DNA of 64,000 nt, taken from contig BROI01000005.1 in the NCBI GenBank assembly GCA_027923505.1, forward strand, positions 868,001 to 932,000, written 5' to 3'. The stretch comes from Mayamaea pseudoterrestris. Lineage: Eukaryota. The translations under genes were made by a program, and so were the position numbers. Shown one piece after another: positions 1 to 11,830 of the stretch (position 1 is the stretch's first letter; each line of letters begins with the position of its first letter). The notes beneath the pieces were generated by a model, which had not been told where the DNA came from, did no database searches, and was given only the letters and a program-made list of their open reading frames with translations.

Positions 1-320
1 CGTCAGCACCAGCGTCATCGAAAAATGAACATTGATACCGACACTCAATGGTAAGTTCGCATGATCCTAGCGAACATGATCGTCTGTCTATCAGTCTCGT
101 TTTCTGATTTATTTTCTGCCAATATTCAGGTCTTATTGAGATAGTTTGAGGAGCTGAAAAAGAAGCGCGATTACTTGCGGAAGGCGCAGATTGGAAATCA
201 ACGGGAGCAGACAAATGAACAAGAAATTCTACGATCCGCGCGTCTGGATCCGCAAGGCCGAGAGGCAATGGTGACCCGCGTTGAAACTGCATGGATAAGC
301 TGAATAGCGAGGAACGTATG
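1..320 (+). pseudogene. 3' fragment of class II fructose-bisphosphate aldolase, frameshifted (pseudogene or low-quality consensus)
   Basis: Manual translation gives KMNIDTDTQ(W), an intron (gtaagt ~51 to cag ~129), then KRDYL..AQIGN..GADK.NKKFYDPRVWIRKAE..AMVTRVET. This matches the FbaA-type C-terminus. It contains several indels and an in-frame TGA. Confidence 0.8.
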
Positions 321-759
321 AACCAAAGACGGAGGGTGCGACGCCCAGCTGGGATCCCTCAAGAATCTGAATCATCACGTTGGTGCCTTGGTGCATTACT
401 TGGGTCAGCGGTCATGCTCATCCTCAGAAGTAAGTCATAGCACTTGCATAGTGCTTGTTTTGCAGTTGAGACTGCTGATCAGGGAATGTCCATATTACCT
501 GTTATATGGTATATTGACAACCACTCTCTCGGAGTTTATAAAAACATAGGCAATTGTGCCTGTTGTTAGTACCGTGGTTGATGAATTGACGGAACTGGCG
601 ACGGAACTTTAGTTATTTGTTACTTGTATGTCGTCTACGTATGCATCGTATAGTCAGGGATAATTTGCTGAATATAGTCGAAGGCAAAACAATCACTTCA
701 ACCTGTTTTCAAGTAACCATACCAGAGAAGCCTGGCAAGAATATAAAGATGTATGAACG

Positions 760-3370
760 TAGCTATTTCCCACAGCACGCCCAGCCCATTAATATTATTC
801 AGGCTGCGCTACATGATGGTATTTTGGTGTCGGGGGAAGTATTTGGTGACAACTTGTACTCAGCCGCAGATGCGACATTGAAACCCTACAACAGGCGTAG
901 GTGCTCGTACACAGAGGTGCCAACATCATTATTCAGGGCACGCTACAAGAGTAGGCTGAGTATTTGGTGACAACTTGTCACCAGTCTCAGCTGCAGATGT
1001 CATGACATTCAAACGCTACAGCAAGCTGTGGTGCCCAAAATACACCATGAAGGGGTGCCAACATCATTATTCAGGCTACGCTACAAGAGTGGTACACTTG
1101 GTTGGTGTCTCAGGATTGACAATGTATTGTGACAATTGCGGAGATGTCAAAAGGGAATTAGGTGCGCTACAAGATGTAGGCTTGGTGTCTCAGGGGTTGG
1201 CAATGTATTTGGTGACAACTTGTCACCAGTCTCAGCCCGCAGCGACGACTACCAAGTAACACACCAGAATGGTGCCAGCTTCATTATTTAGGCTGCGCTG
1301 CAAGGTAGGCGGCTGGTGTCTCGGGGGATGACAATGTATTTGGTGACAACTTGTCATCAGTTTCAGCCCGCAGATGTCGTGACATTCAAACGCCCCTACA
1401 GCAAGCCCTGTAGGTGCCCAAAATACACCAGAATGGTGCCAACATCATTATTCCGGCTGCGCTAGAAGATGGTAGGCTTGGCTGGTGTCTCAGGGGATGA
1501 CAATGTATTTGGTGACAATTTGTCACCAGTCTCGGCCCACAGATGTTGTGACATTCAAACGCCCCTTCAGCAAGCCCTGTAGGTGCCCAAATTACACTAG
1601 AATGGTGCCAACATCATTATGCAGGCTGCGCTACATGATGGTATGCCTGGCTGGTGTCTCAGGGGTTGGCAATGTATTTGGTGATAACTTGTCACCAGTC
1701 TCAGCCTGCAGATGTTGTGACATTCAAACGCCCCTACAGCAAGCCCTGTAGGTGCCCCAAATACACCAGAAGGGTGCCAACATCATTATTCAGGCCACGC
1801 TACAAGATGGTATGCTTGGTTGGTGTCTCAGGGATTGACAATGTATTTGGTGACAACTTGTCACCAGTCTCAGCCCGCAGATGCCATGACACCCAAACCC
1901 CCCTACAGCAGGCCCTGTAGGTGCCCAAATTACACCAGAATGGTGCCTACATCATTATTCAGGCTGCGCTTCAAGATGGTAGGCTTGGTTGGTGTCTCAG
2001 GGGTTGGCAATGTATTTGGTGACAACTTGTCACCAGTCTCAGCCCGCAGATGTCGAGACATTCAAACGCCCCTACAGCAAGCCTTGTAGGTGCCCAAATT
2101 ACACCAGAATGGTGCCAACATTATTATTCAGGCTGCGCTACAAGGTGGCATGCCTAGCTGGTGTCTCAGGGGATGACAATGTATTTGGTGACAACTTGTC
2201 ACCAGTCTCAGCCCGCAGATGACGTGACATTCAAACCCCCCTACAGCAGGCCCAGTAGGTGCCCAAATTACACAAGAATGGTGCCAACATCATTAATCGG
2301 GCTGCGCTACACGATGGTATGCCTGGCTGGTGTCTCAGGGGTTGGCAATGTATTTGGTGACAACTTGTCACCAGTCTCAGCCCGCAGATGTTGAGACATT
2401 CAAACCCCCCTATAGCAAGCCCTGTAAGTGCCCAAAATACACCAAAATGGTGCCAACATCATTATTCAGGCTGCGCTACAAGATATTAGGCTTGACTGGT
2501 GGTTCAGGGGATGACAATGTAATTGGTGACAACTTGTCACCAGTCTCAGCCTGCAGATGCCATGACATTCAAACGCCCCTACAGCAAGCCCTGTAGGTGC
2601 CCAAAATACACCAGAATGGTGCCCGCATCATTATTCAGGCTGCGCTACAAGATGGTAGGCTTGGCTGGTGTCTTAGGGGCTGACAATGTATTTGGTGACA
2701 ACTTGTCACCAGTCTCAGCCTGCAGGTGGCGTGACCTTCAAACCCCCCTACAGCAGGCCCTGTAGGTGCCCAAAATACACCAGAATGGTGCCAACATCGT
2801 TTTTAAGTCTGAGCTAAAAGATGGTATGCCTGGCTGGTGTCTCAGGGGTTGGCAATGCATTTGGTGACAATTTGTCACCAGTCTCAGCCTGCAGATGCCG
2901 TGACATTCAAACCCCCCTACGGCAGGCCCTGTAGATGCCCAATTACACCTGAATGGTGCCAACATCATTTTTAGGGCTGCCCTACAAGATGGCATGTGTA
3001 TGGCCAAATTAAGCCAGAATGGTGTTATCTTCCTTGTTTTAGGTTCGCTACTAGATGCATTGCCTAGCTGGTCCCTTGGTAGACTGCAATGTGATTGGTG
3101 AGAAGTTCTCACTAGTTCCAATTTAATAATGTTGACACCACTCTGGAGTAATTTGGGCACATATGTGGCTTGCTGTACGGGCATTTGAATGTCAAGGCAT
3201 CAGTGGGCATTTGAATGTCAAGGCATAAGTCACCATTCATGTTGCAGTCTAATGAGACACCAGCCAGACATACCATCTTGTTGCACATCCTACACAATGA
3301 TGTTGGTACTGGTCTTGTATTATTTGGGCATATACATGCTGGTATGTTGGGTAGTGGTTCCAGGTATGGC
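760..3370. repeat. 169-bp tandem repeat array (10 regularly spaced copies plus degenerate flanking copies) with a terminal inverted copy
   Basis: The anchor GGTGACAACTTGTCACC (or a 1-nt variant) recurs at 1342, 1511, 1680, 1849, 2018, 2187, 2356, 2525, 2694 and 2863, exactly 169 bp apart. Irregular copies lie at ~845, 966 and 1211. The segment ~3130-3370 is a diverged reverse complement of the monomer. Confidence 0.95.
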
Positions 3371-3517
3371 TCGTCGAACAAGTACCGCTGCGAGTCCCGA
3401 ACGTATCATTGGCACATGGCGCGCGCCCGCGATTGCGCAGCTCCATCGCATCGTCGGAAGGAATAAGGAACGGGTGCAACAAAGGATAACACAGTAGCCA
3501 ACACTGGGACATTGACA

Positions 3518-5665
3518 ATGGCCGAGATGACTGGAGCGCAAACGTTGCCGAAACTGAATGATCGAGTCCGCGTCAGCGACTCACCTGGCTGCTGGTGGCT
3601 CGCCAAGGTTGTCGAGAACGCACAACAGGGAACGGACGTTTGCGTCCAGATACAATGCAACCGCGACACGATCGTCCGTTCATATCCATTGAAGAAGGTG
3701 CAATGCATTAGCATCAACGATTCTTCGTGGCTAAATGGCCTGGATGTGGATATTTTATTCAAGAACAAGAAATATGCAAATGGCACAATTATCGTGGTTG
3801 ATAAGGTAGTTTGGATAAAGTACTCAGACACGGTGAAGGACAAACGACCGTTCAAAGGGATTATTGATCATTTGTATGATAAAGCAGAGCAATATGATTT
3901 CAACCACATGCCTTGGAACTACAACGGACCAAAGATTGAGATGGGAACTGAGATGTATAAAAAATTTCATGGTAAGTGATGAGTAACATCATTGACAGGC
4001 AGATTTGGGAACGCTGATATGCTAATCATTAACCACACTCACATACATTTTTGTCTTTCAAATTAACTGTAACTGCCAGTCGGCTGGTTTTACGGAGTAG
4101 TTGATGACGGTCCAATTTTGATTGACGGCGGGTACGCTTTTCACGTCACATACTCAGACGGAGACGACGAATACCTTTTGCCAGAGGAAGTTGCTTCTTT
4201 TGCAAAACTCGCCGACAAACAGCGCAAGCTAGAAATTGCTGGAAAGGATCCGAAAAAGTCGATGCGATTCGGCATGCAATCGGCGGCGGATGCGCTTAGG
4301 AAGCGTCAGGTGGAGTACGAAGGAGGCGCAAATAACGGCGACGAATTAACTCTAGAAAGGAAGGAAGCCTATGTCGATGAGAAGCCACCGACGACGACGA
4401 CGAGGAAGCGGCAGACGAAGAAGGCGGAAGTGGACTTTGACGACGAAGCGGCGAACGATGACGACGACGTCCGCAGTCGAGGTGGTCGTCGCATGCGTAA
4501 AATGCGGGGCACAAAGAAGGGAAAAGTGAGTGCTGAAACGAAGCAATCCAGTCGCGTGTCTGTATCTAATGATAAGGATTTGGATGAGATTGACAGTGAT
4601 TCTGAGGATCTTAGTGTCGTTGCCGTGCGCGACGCGGAGACCAAGCCTGCTTTGGTGAAGCCAGATGCGCCACCAACGCCAGGTCACAGAGAGCTCGGTG
4701 CATCGCTAAGTAGCATGTTTGGTGGCAGCTTACATTCAAAGTATTGTTCATCGGGTGCGCAGAGCATGGAGCGGATGCTGGCGTTTCACAGACTTCATAT
4801 TAGCCAAAAAGAGCGAATGAGTTTGATAGATGCGCTTATGTTCGGACCAATGGCCCAGACCAAAGCTACTCGCTTCCCCGACAAGCATCGTACAGCAGCT
4901 GTTGTTAGAGTTGCTGTAAATCAGCTCCAGGTGCCCGAAATGCATGACAAGTTTGCTGCCGACGTGCTTGTCAACTGGAAGTGCATGTTTGAGCAATCTA
5001 TGAAACCCCTTTTCGCTGCGGAAGGCGACGAAAAGCGAACAAACCATGATGCAGTAAGTCGGATCGGAGAAACCCTTTATGTCAAAGCGCATTGCATGGA
5101 ACTTTTGGCCAGAATGCTCGAGCATGAACAACAGCGATGCGCTCCGTCTAGTGACGCCATTTTGAAACGAATTCTACTATCGGGGATTGCTCAGAGTGGA
5201 AACACTGGGAGTAGAGGCGCACTCGAACTGGCTGTCAAGGCTTATACGTATACATTTATCAACCACGGAAATCTCATTGCAGGACGAACTAAAATTTTGT
5301 CCTCGATTTCTGAAGGTCCGACCAGCCTCTGTCTCGAGCAAGCCAAGTCCGCAGCCGTCCGCTTGTACCGCGCGCTTGGAAAGATCGTAAGCATTTTCGC
5401 CTGGCTTTACGGCATCATGGAGTCGGAAAACGTCCTAAGCGTGAGCCATTTAATTGCTTCCTCGTTTTTAATCGAGCTTAACACGACGTCATTCAATCCT
5501 GTGCCGTTTTTGGAGAAGTCTGATGGAGATGCTATTGCAAAGTACTGGAAAGAAATCAAGCTACAATATATTACAGGACTGGACCGTGACCTTGTGCCTC
5601 AGCTACGGCCTCACTTGGCAGACAAGCTGAAAGTCGCAGTAGCTTACAACTGCATCTTTGAATGA
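3518..5665 (+). CDS. Nuclear protein with Tudor-like domain(s), acidic/basic linker and helical C-terminal domain; 2 exons (3518-3971, 4080-5665)
   Basis: Intron 3972-4079 (gtaagt...cag) joins the ORFs in frame to give EMYKKFHVGWFYGVVD...FHVTYSDGDDEYL, a PTM/DIR17-like Tudor pattern. Confidence 0.7.
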
Positions 5666-6889
5666 ATGAGAAGTAGTCAATGACAGTCTACGACGAAAAT
5701 CTTTCCCGCTTCAGCCTCTTTACTAAAATCATGTAATGTTTATAATCGTATCGATAGTCATATGCTTCTAGAATAAAAAGTTAAAGCATGCTGGCTACAC
5801 GCCCAATTTAGGCTTCGTTCGTTTTGGTAATAGGGGCAGCATGAGAGGTGGCGGCAGTAGTATCACGCTAAATCTAATCGCTAAATCTAATGAACTCTGC
5901 ACCAAGTTCGATCACCCCTTCAAATGAGATCATCAAACAAATCTAAAGTATTTCGTTGCATCGTGTGGTGTGTCCGCATTGCCTCCATAATGGCTGGTGC
6001 CTCAATCATTTCCTATCTGTAAAAGTGAATGCCCTAACCAAGGGTGGGAGCAAACGATGCGGCCTTTTGTAACACGAGACGAGATTAGCGCGTGACATAA
6101 TTATGGCAAGTTGACTGACGGTGAATGACATGTAAGGTCCGGAAGCGTGATGCCGCCTCATCGGCGATAAGGTCGTCCGTCAATGATTACCTGTCTGCAT
6201 TTTCAAACTGCATTCACTGGAAAAGCATCATCGATAGTTCAACTTCAGGTTGGACGAATGCAACGTCTGTGTAGGTTACTGCATGACTCGATCGCACTAC
6301 TTGAAGCCATAACATGCAATACAACGGGTTTCGGGATGCGGCAGCAGTCGAAGCAGAAAGTGAAATCTTTCACTCGCGAAACGACGAGGAAGCAATGGCC
6401 TCGCGAAGTGAGAGTCACTTGTACGGAATACCAGCAACACTTTTCCAAGTGTGGATGTACTGGAACAGGAATCGCAGGTCATTTGCGAAACCGACTCGCC
6501 CTGGGCATGAGCTATCCCGACACCCGTCATGATTGTGGATTATTGCGCGCCATGGCAATGCTTTCTTTGGCCATGCGTATATCTTGTGCTGCCAATAACT
6601 TTAAGTCTGATTCAAAATCGTTTTCTAGAAGGACGAGCATGATGTTGTGGGTGTGGAGATGAAGAAATGTGCGGAGATGATGAAGGCTTTCTCCCATCTC
6701 ATGGTGGTGGTCGCGCACATCGATACGAGTATGATGTCACTACGACGTCGCCTCTATAACGATGCGACACCAGCGCATTCCATGATTGACTCGTCGGCCA
6801 TGTGAAAACGACCGCGCATTTGCAATTGGGGCAGCTTTCATGTTGCATTTTTTAATAACGATCAGTCGCACGATACATGCATAGACACC

Positions 6890-8695
6890 ATGCACGCAGA
6901 AGACAATAACGATTCTTCATTAGCGAGATGTTCTGGTGTTTCAGCAACGCATGAACAAAATCAACCAGCATCTGCATGTGCAGAATCGTCGACGAGCCGA
7001 CCGAGAAAGGCAAAGCAGCATCGCAAACGACACGTCATGCCTGGTCCTGCAGGATTGCTATTTCAACAATCTCAGACGCATATGCTGAATTTTTCATCCA
7101 AGCGGTCAAAGAGCAGCTTCGATCCTTTAAATGTAGATTCTCCGCCTCCCAGCCAAGACGAGGAAGACGATCTCGCCTCAAATACAAAGCCAATTGACTT
7201 CGACTTGGGCTGCAACGCAGTAGCAGGCGTCTCCTTCTATAGTCCCGCATGGATGGTCATGCAAATCGAGCTCGGCTTTCGCACGCCGTCGCTTCAGGCT
7301 TACCTCAGCAACGAGCAAAAATATAAGATCCTTCGGCCGTGTTATCCAACGGCGTCGCACTACCTCGTTCCAGATGTCCTCAGCGGCAAGGCAGATTGGA
7401 ATATCAGTCCTCGTTCACTACTTGTACTGGTTCAGAACAACAAAGCTCTAACTGACAATCTTTGGACTGTTACATTAATAGATGAAACCTGTGTTACTAT
7501 GGAAGCTTGGATTCAGCCATTCTTTGTCAAGCGAGAGCAGCAACGGAGTTACTCGCATCAAACAATGATACGGCCGGGCCTAGTGTGGCTAGTTCAAGAC
7601 GCAACCATCATGCTCATGGCGAACAAGGACCGCAAGAAAAAGACCCAACGCATGCTGCTCATCAAGCAAGAGAACATTCAGCAAGTCTGGTCGCCCTCAA
7701 TGGCGGACGACGTCGGTGAAACTGCATATAGAGAATGGGTAGAAAGCAGAAATTCTTTGACTGTGCAAGCGACCAAGCTCTTTAATGAAACGATGTTTCA
7801 AGAGGATGAAAGGCGTGTTTGCGATCAAACAGCGGCTGCTGCCTTTGACGGGCCGGCGGCTTTACAAAATGGTCCCCAATTGAAGACTAACATTCAACTA
7901 CCGACCGACGCCGTGCTTCCATCGCTAGCTTTGCTTCAGCCGAGTCATAGACCAATTATTGAGGCATCAGATCATGTAGCTGCAACAAATGTCGAGCAAC
8001 AGCAGCAAAGAGCGGCAGTTGACAACGGGAAAGCGGCAGCAGGACTTCCGACACGAAAAGGGTTTGCTCAGCCTTTCGCGCGTTCAATGGCCATGCCAGT
8101 AGACACGGTCAATCAAGCTGTTGCTATTGAGCCATCGCATGTGAACTTGGTCGCACCATCGTCATCAGCAACCGTTTATTTGGATGGTGAAGTTAATATT
8201 ACTCGTCACTGGCCAAATTCCCGACAATCACCTCGACCAAAATTGGGAGCTACGGCGAATAATGGTCTCGTCAAACACTCTGTTATGAATCAGCAGCATA
8301 ACGCCCCGCTTCGGACAGGTTGCGCCTCGTACACTTATTCGCAACTGAGAGGCACATCCACCTCGAATTTGTTGTTGGGACATGCGCTTAAAGCTGGAAC
8401 GGACGCTGCTGCTGAGCTCAAATTGACACCAACACTTACATCGCACGCGGCATCGTCGAATGTGATATCGACCGTATCAGGTCTTTGGAATATGACTGAT
8501 GCTGAGCTGGATATGCTAGACGAGTCAGATCAGGAAACTTGCACCGAGAAGGATTTGGACATTGGACGGGTTAGTGCATCGACTGCCACGAGAGTATTTG
8601 CCACGAAAGGCAATGGGCAAGCAATATCGTCATTATTTCAGCCTGGTGTAGACGCTGGATTTGATCTGGATGGTTTTAACGATGAGGACGAATAA
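6890..8695 (+). CDS. HROB: HROB/MCM8IP-like (C17orf53, DUF4539 OB-fold) protein
   Basis: 601-aa ORF with a PGPAG motif followed by an OB-fold-like segment (LLVLVQ..WTVTLIDET..MEAWI..IRPGLVWLVQDATI..LLIKQENIQQVW) and disordered flanks. Confidence 0.65.
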   Translation: MHAEDNNDSSLARCSGVSATHEQNQPASACAESSTSRPRKAKQHRKRHVMPGPAGLLFQQSQTHMLNFSSKRSKSSFDPLNVDSPPPSQDEEDDLASNTKPIDFDLGCNAVAGVSFYSPAWMVMQIELGFRTPSLQAYLSNEQKYKILRPCYPTASHYLVPDVLSGKADWNISPRSLLVLVQNNKALTDNLWTVTLIDETCVTMEAWIQPFFVKREQQRSYSHQTMIRPGLVWLVQDATIMLMANKDRKKKTQRMLLIKQENIQQVWSPSMADDVGETAYREWVESRNSLTVQATKLFNETMFQEDERRVCDQTAAAAFDGPAALQNGPQLKTNIQLPTDAVLPSLALLQPSHRPIIEASDHVAATNVEQQQQRAAVDNGKAAAGLPTRKGFAQPFARSMAMPVDTVNQAVAIEPSHVNLVAPSSSATVYLDGEVNITRHWPNSRQSPRPKLGATANNGLVKHSVMNQQHNAPLRTGCASYTYSQLRGTSTSNLLLGHALKAGTDAAAELKLTPTLTSHAASSNVISTVSGLWNMTDAELDMLDESDQETCTEKDLDIGRVSASTATRVFATKGNGQAISSLFQPGVDAGFDLDGFNDEDE

Positions 8696-9685
8696 GAGCA
8701 AAGCATTTTGTGAATCGCTTCATCACAGTCGTTTGAAACGACTTGGTTCATCATAGTTGTCCATGGCGCGTCTAATATCATGTTTTCTGACAAACTTCTA
8801 CAACCCAGTATAGCACTTCACGACACACTAAAGTGTTTGTTCATCTTTCACTCCGTCCACATATATACTTAAAGTGCCAAAATCGTCTTCAATAAGGTCC
8901 AATGAAGAACGCCGGCCGATAGTAGGTCAACGTAGCAGGAAAGCCAGCTGCACCCGCAGATGCCAACGCCGCAACTTAACCTGGACTATACCTGTTAGTC
9001 CCCATCGAATGCGAATAGAGGTCGCGCACCTGGGATCGCGGATAGGACTTTCCGGAGTTACGGCAATTCTATGCGAGATGAACCGGCAGGCAGTTCTTTT
9101 GTGGACGAGTGACTTTCAAGGAACTGATAGCATAAGTAGCTCACAACAACTGCTCCACAAAGTAATTTAACAAGCGTTGAAAACCCAAGTACCGTGTGAA
9201 ATCCGACAATCTCGCCGAAGGCCACGCCCTACACGTATAGACCTGACGCAAAAAGGCACCAGAACAGACTTCGATTGTTTTTTTGGTGTCGTCACACCCG
9301 TATTGCACAGCAAAACAACAGCGACAGCGACAACCGCCAAGGATTACACCAGTGCAGTCATTTGGTCGACATTATGGCCGCTAATAGATCGGGTCTTGTA
9401 AAAAAGTCCATCTAACTGCCCATTGTAATGTAGGAGCGTGAGTATGCTCGTTGTCATTTCCGCCACGTAAAAGCACATTGCCGCGAAGTATTTTCCGATT
9501 CAAAAGAGCCAGATCGCAAAGACCACGACCCGAGGCGCGTCTCGTTGTTATTTTCGTACCAACTCTGAGAAAGCTGTAGTGCTTTACAGCGGGTCATGCT
9601 GATCGGTCTCGTATTTGCAACAACTCATCGAGGCCAGACATGAATAACAAGACGGAATTAAGTTGTGTCATGAGTTTCCACCGCA

Positions 9686-9778
9686 AAGACTTTCCGACCT
9701 GCCCTCAATCTTCCACTTTTGGATTTCAAGGCAACCTTGACACAAACCGAAAAGATTGAGGGCAGGTCGGCAAGGCCT
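9686..9778. other. Long hairpin / inverted repeat
   Basis: CCGACCTGCCCTCAATCTT (9694-9712) is the perfect reverse complement of 9752-9770. There is an inner stem TCAAGG-caa-CCTTGA. Confidence 0.85.
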
Positions 9779-10102
9779 TGTTAGAACAGAGGTAACTGTA
9801 CTACAAAATGGGAAAGGCAACATGAACAGAGTCGACCAGTCCAGCACTCGTTTTAAGCGCCAATCCAAGCGGTTCCATGTTGAGGCCAAAGAGAAATAGG
9901 AGAAAAAACCACAGGATCCATAGCCTCGATTATGATAGCTAAACAGGCTGCTAGCGTGTTGGGTGCATTGAATTTGATTGCCGCAGGGATGGTGACGTCG
10001 TGGCTGGCGAGTGATTGCTTTCGCTGGCTTGCTTCATCAACCACCACAAAACTCGGGCAGAAAGAAATATATCTTTTTGGCGCCCCCCCAAAAAAGAAAA
10101 CT

Positions 10103-10304
10103 TAGAATATATCTTGCGCGCCCTTGAAGCGACACTAATGATTAAGCAGAACAGAGTCAATAAAACCACTTTACTTATTTTCTCCAAGAAGTGATCGTCC
10201 TCGATCCACTCCTTCGGTTGCCGCTTACCGCGCTTACTTAAATGTGACCGTCTTCGTGACGTCACCGCTGCCGCTTCGGTTTGGGTTCTCATCCATGCTC
10301 AACA
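10103..10304 (-). repeat. 3' LTR, missing its terminal 9 bp
   Basis: Identity to the 5' LTR stops at ...ATATATTCTA. GATCCAACA is absent and no target-site duplication is visible. Confidence 0.9.
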
Positions 10305-11830
10305 CACTCCTTTGGGCCGAGTAGTACTTACTGCTCGAGGCCAGATTCATAACCAGGTTGCGGAGCTTGCCAAACTGGGCTCCCTGCAATGGTTTCGTGA
10401 AGAAATCCGCGACCATGTCTCCGGTCGGACAATGCTCAATGTTGACTTCACCAGCTGCCACGCGATCTTTCACAAAGAAGTACCGAACATTCATGTGTCG
10501 CGTGCGCTTTGTACTTGAGCTTCTGCCATTCTTTTCCAACAGCATTGAACTCATATTGTCTTGATACAATTTCGTGTCTTTGACCCCGAAACCTTGCGCC
10601 TTCAGAAAATATCCTGTCCACAGCAACTGCGGTAGCACATCATGAACTCCCACAACTTCGCTCTCCGTCGAGCTTCTTGTTACCAACTTCTGTTTAGCCG
10701 ACGTACTGTACACTGATCCTTGGCCAAGTGTCATTGTTCCACCAGTGTGACCCTTCATGTCTGGGTGCACCGCGTACGACGCATCCACCCACCACTGGAC
10801 TATCCCGGACTGGTCCGCCTTCAGCGTCAACACCATGTCCACGCTTCCGCGTAAATATTTAATCACTCTTGCAGCCTTCTTATAGTCGTCTTCGTCAGGC
10901 TGCTGCAGCCTCGTGCTCAAGAAAGAAATCGCTGTGCGAATATCCGGTCGCGCTCGCTGACTCAGATACAGACACTGCATCACAATCGTCACAAAAATCT
11001 GCTTCTTCGCTTCGCTCAACATGACAGGATTTTCCGATATCTGAAACAAGTGACTGGCTGCCGGAGTAGCTGCCGTTCCATCCATGTCGTCTGGCGCATG
11101 ATGCAGGATGTTCTTCACATAGTCAACCATGTTGATTGCTACTTCTCAGGCTTAGTATGGTCAATACCATGCCGAGGTAGTCGTGCACTTTTCCGCGTGA
11201 CTTATTCATTGGAGTCTCCTTGCCAAACTCCTCATCCATCTGCGCGATGAACTCATCCACTACGCTCACGTCGACGTGCGAAATCTTCAAATCGTCCACG
11301 TGCCATCCCACGGTGATTTGCTTCCCATTGACAATCTTGTTGCACACACACGGATCGTACGGGTTCTTCTCGAAGCCCCACTCAAGCAATTTTGCGGACA
11401 ACTTCTCCCAGAATAGTCGCGCTGCTCGAAGCGTACCATAAAGCGCCATGAGTAATTCAACATACATGACTTTCTCGCCATTCTCCATTGTGACGCAAGG
11501 CTCGTACATCTCGCGATCAATTTCCAACAGTAGCTCCACCATCTTCCCAGTGAAACGAACGTGCACCAACTCATCCATTTCCGCTTGCATGAAAGCACCC
11601 GGTACATCAACCACAGCAACCTCGCGCCCTTCCATAGCGTCAATGATAGCTGTCAGAAAGATGGCCTCTGTCGCTATCGTTGGAGATGCTGCGTCTTCCT
11701 TTGCAGTGTATGCTCGTTGCTTGCGTCCATCCGCGCATCCGCGTCCTTTCCCAGTCCCGAATCTCTTGCGCTTGAGAAACATCAAATACGCCAGAGCGTC
11801 CTTGCGCTGCTGCGGAGTCAGAGTGCATTG
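10234..11830 (-). CDS. Copia Pol, part 2 (reverse transcriptase and RNase H), broken by apparent single-base deletions
   Basis: Motifs GCADGRKQR, DVPGAFMQA, ALYGTLRAARLFW, WHVDDLKISH, WVDASYAVHPDMKGHTG and ADFFTKPLQG. Frame breaks occur at ~11825 and ~11145-11165. Confidence 0.92.

Noticed and set aside
760..3370. CRISPR array or coding repeat (many 77-89 aa ORFs)
   Set aside because: The whole monomer repeats with no unique spacers and no cas genes are present. The 169-bp period shifts frame each copy, so the ORFs are by-products.
5800..6800. Short ORFs on both strands between the Tudor-like and HROB-like genes
   Set aside because: No recognisable motif or consistent splice model. A decayed gene is possible but cannot be supported.
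9951..10292. Duplicated ORF MRTQTEAAAV... (also 14924-15304)
   Set aside because: It is a translation of the LTR sequence, with no evidence that it is a gene.
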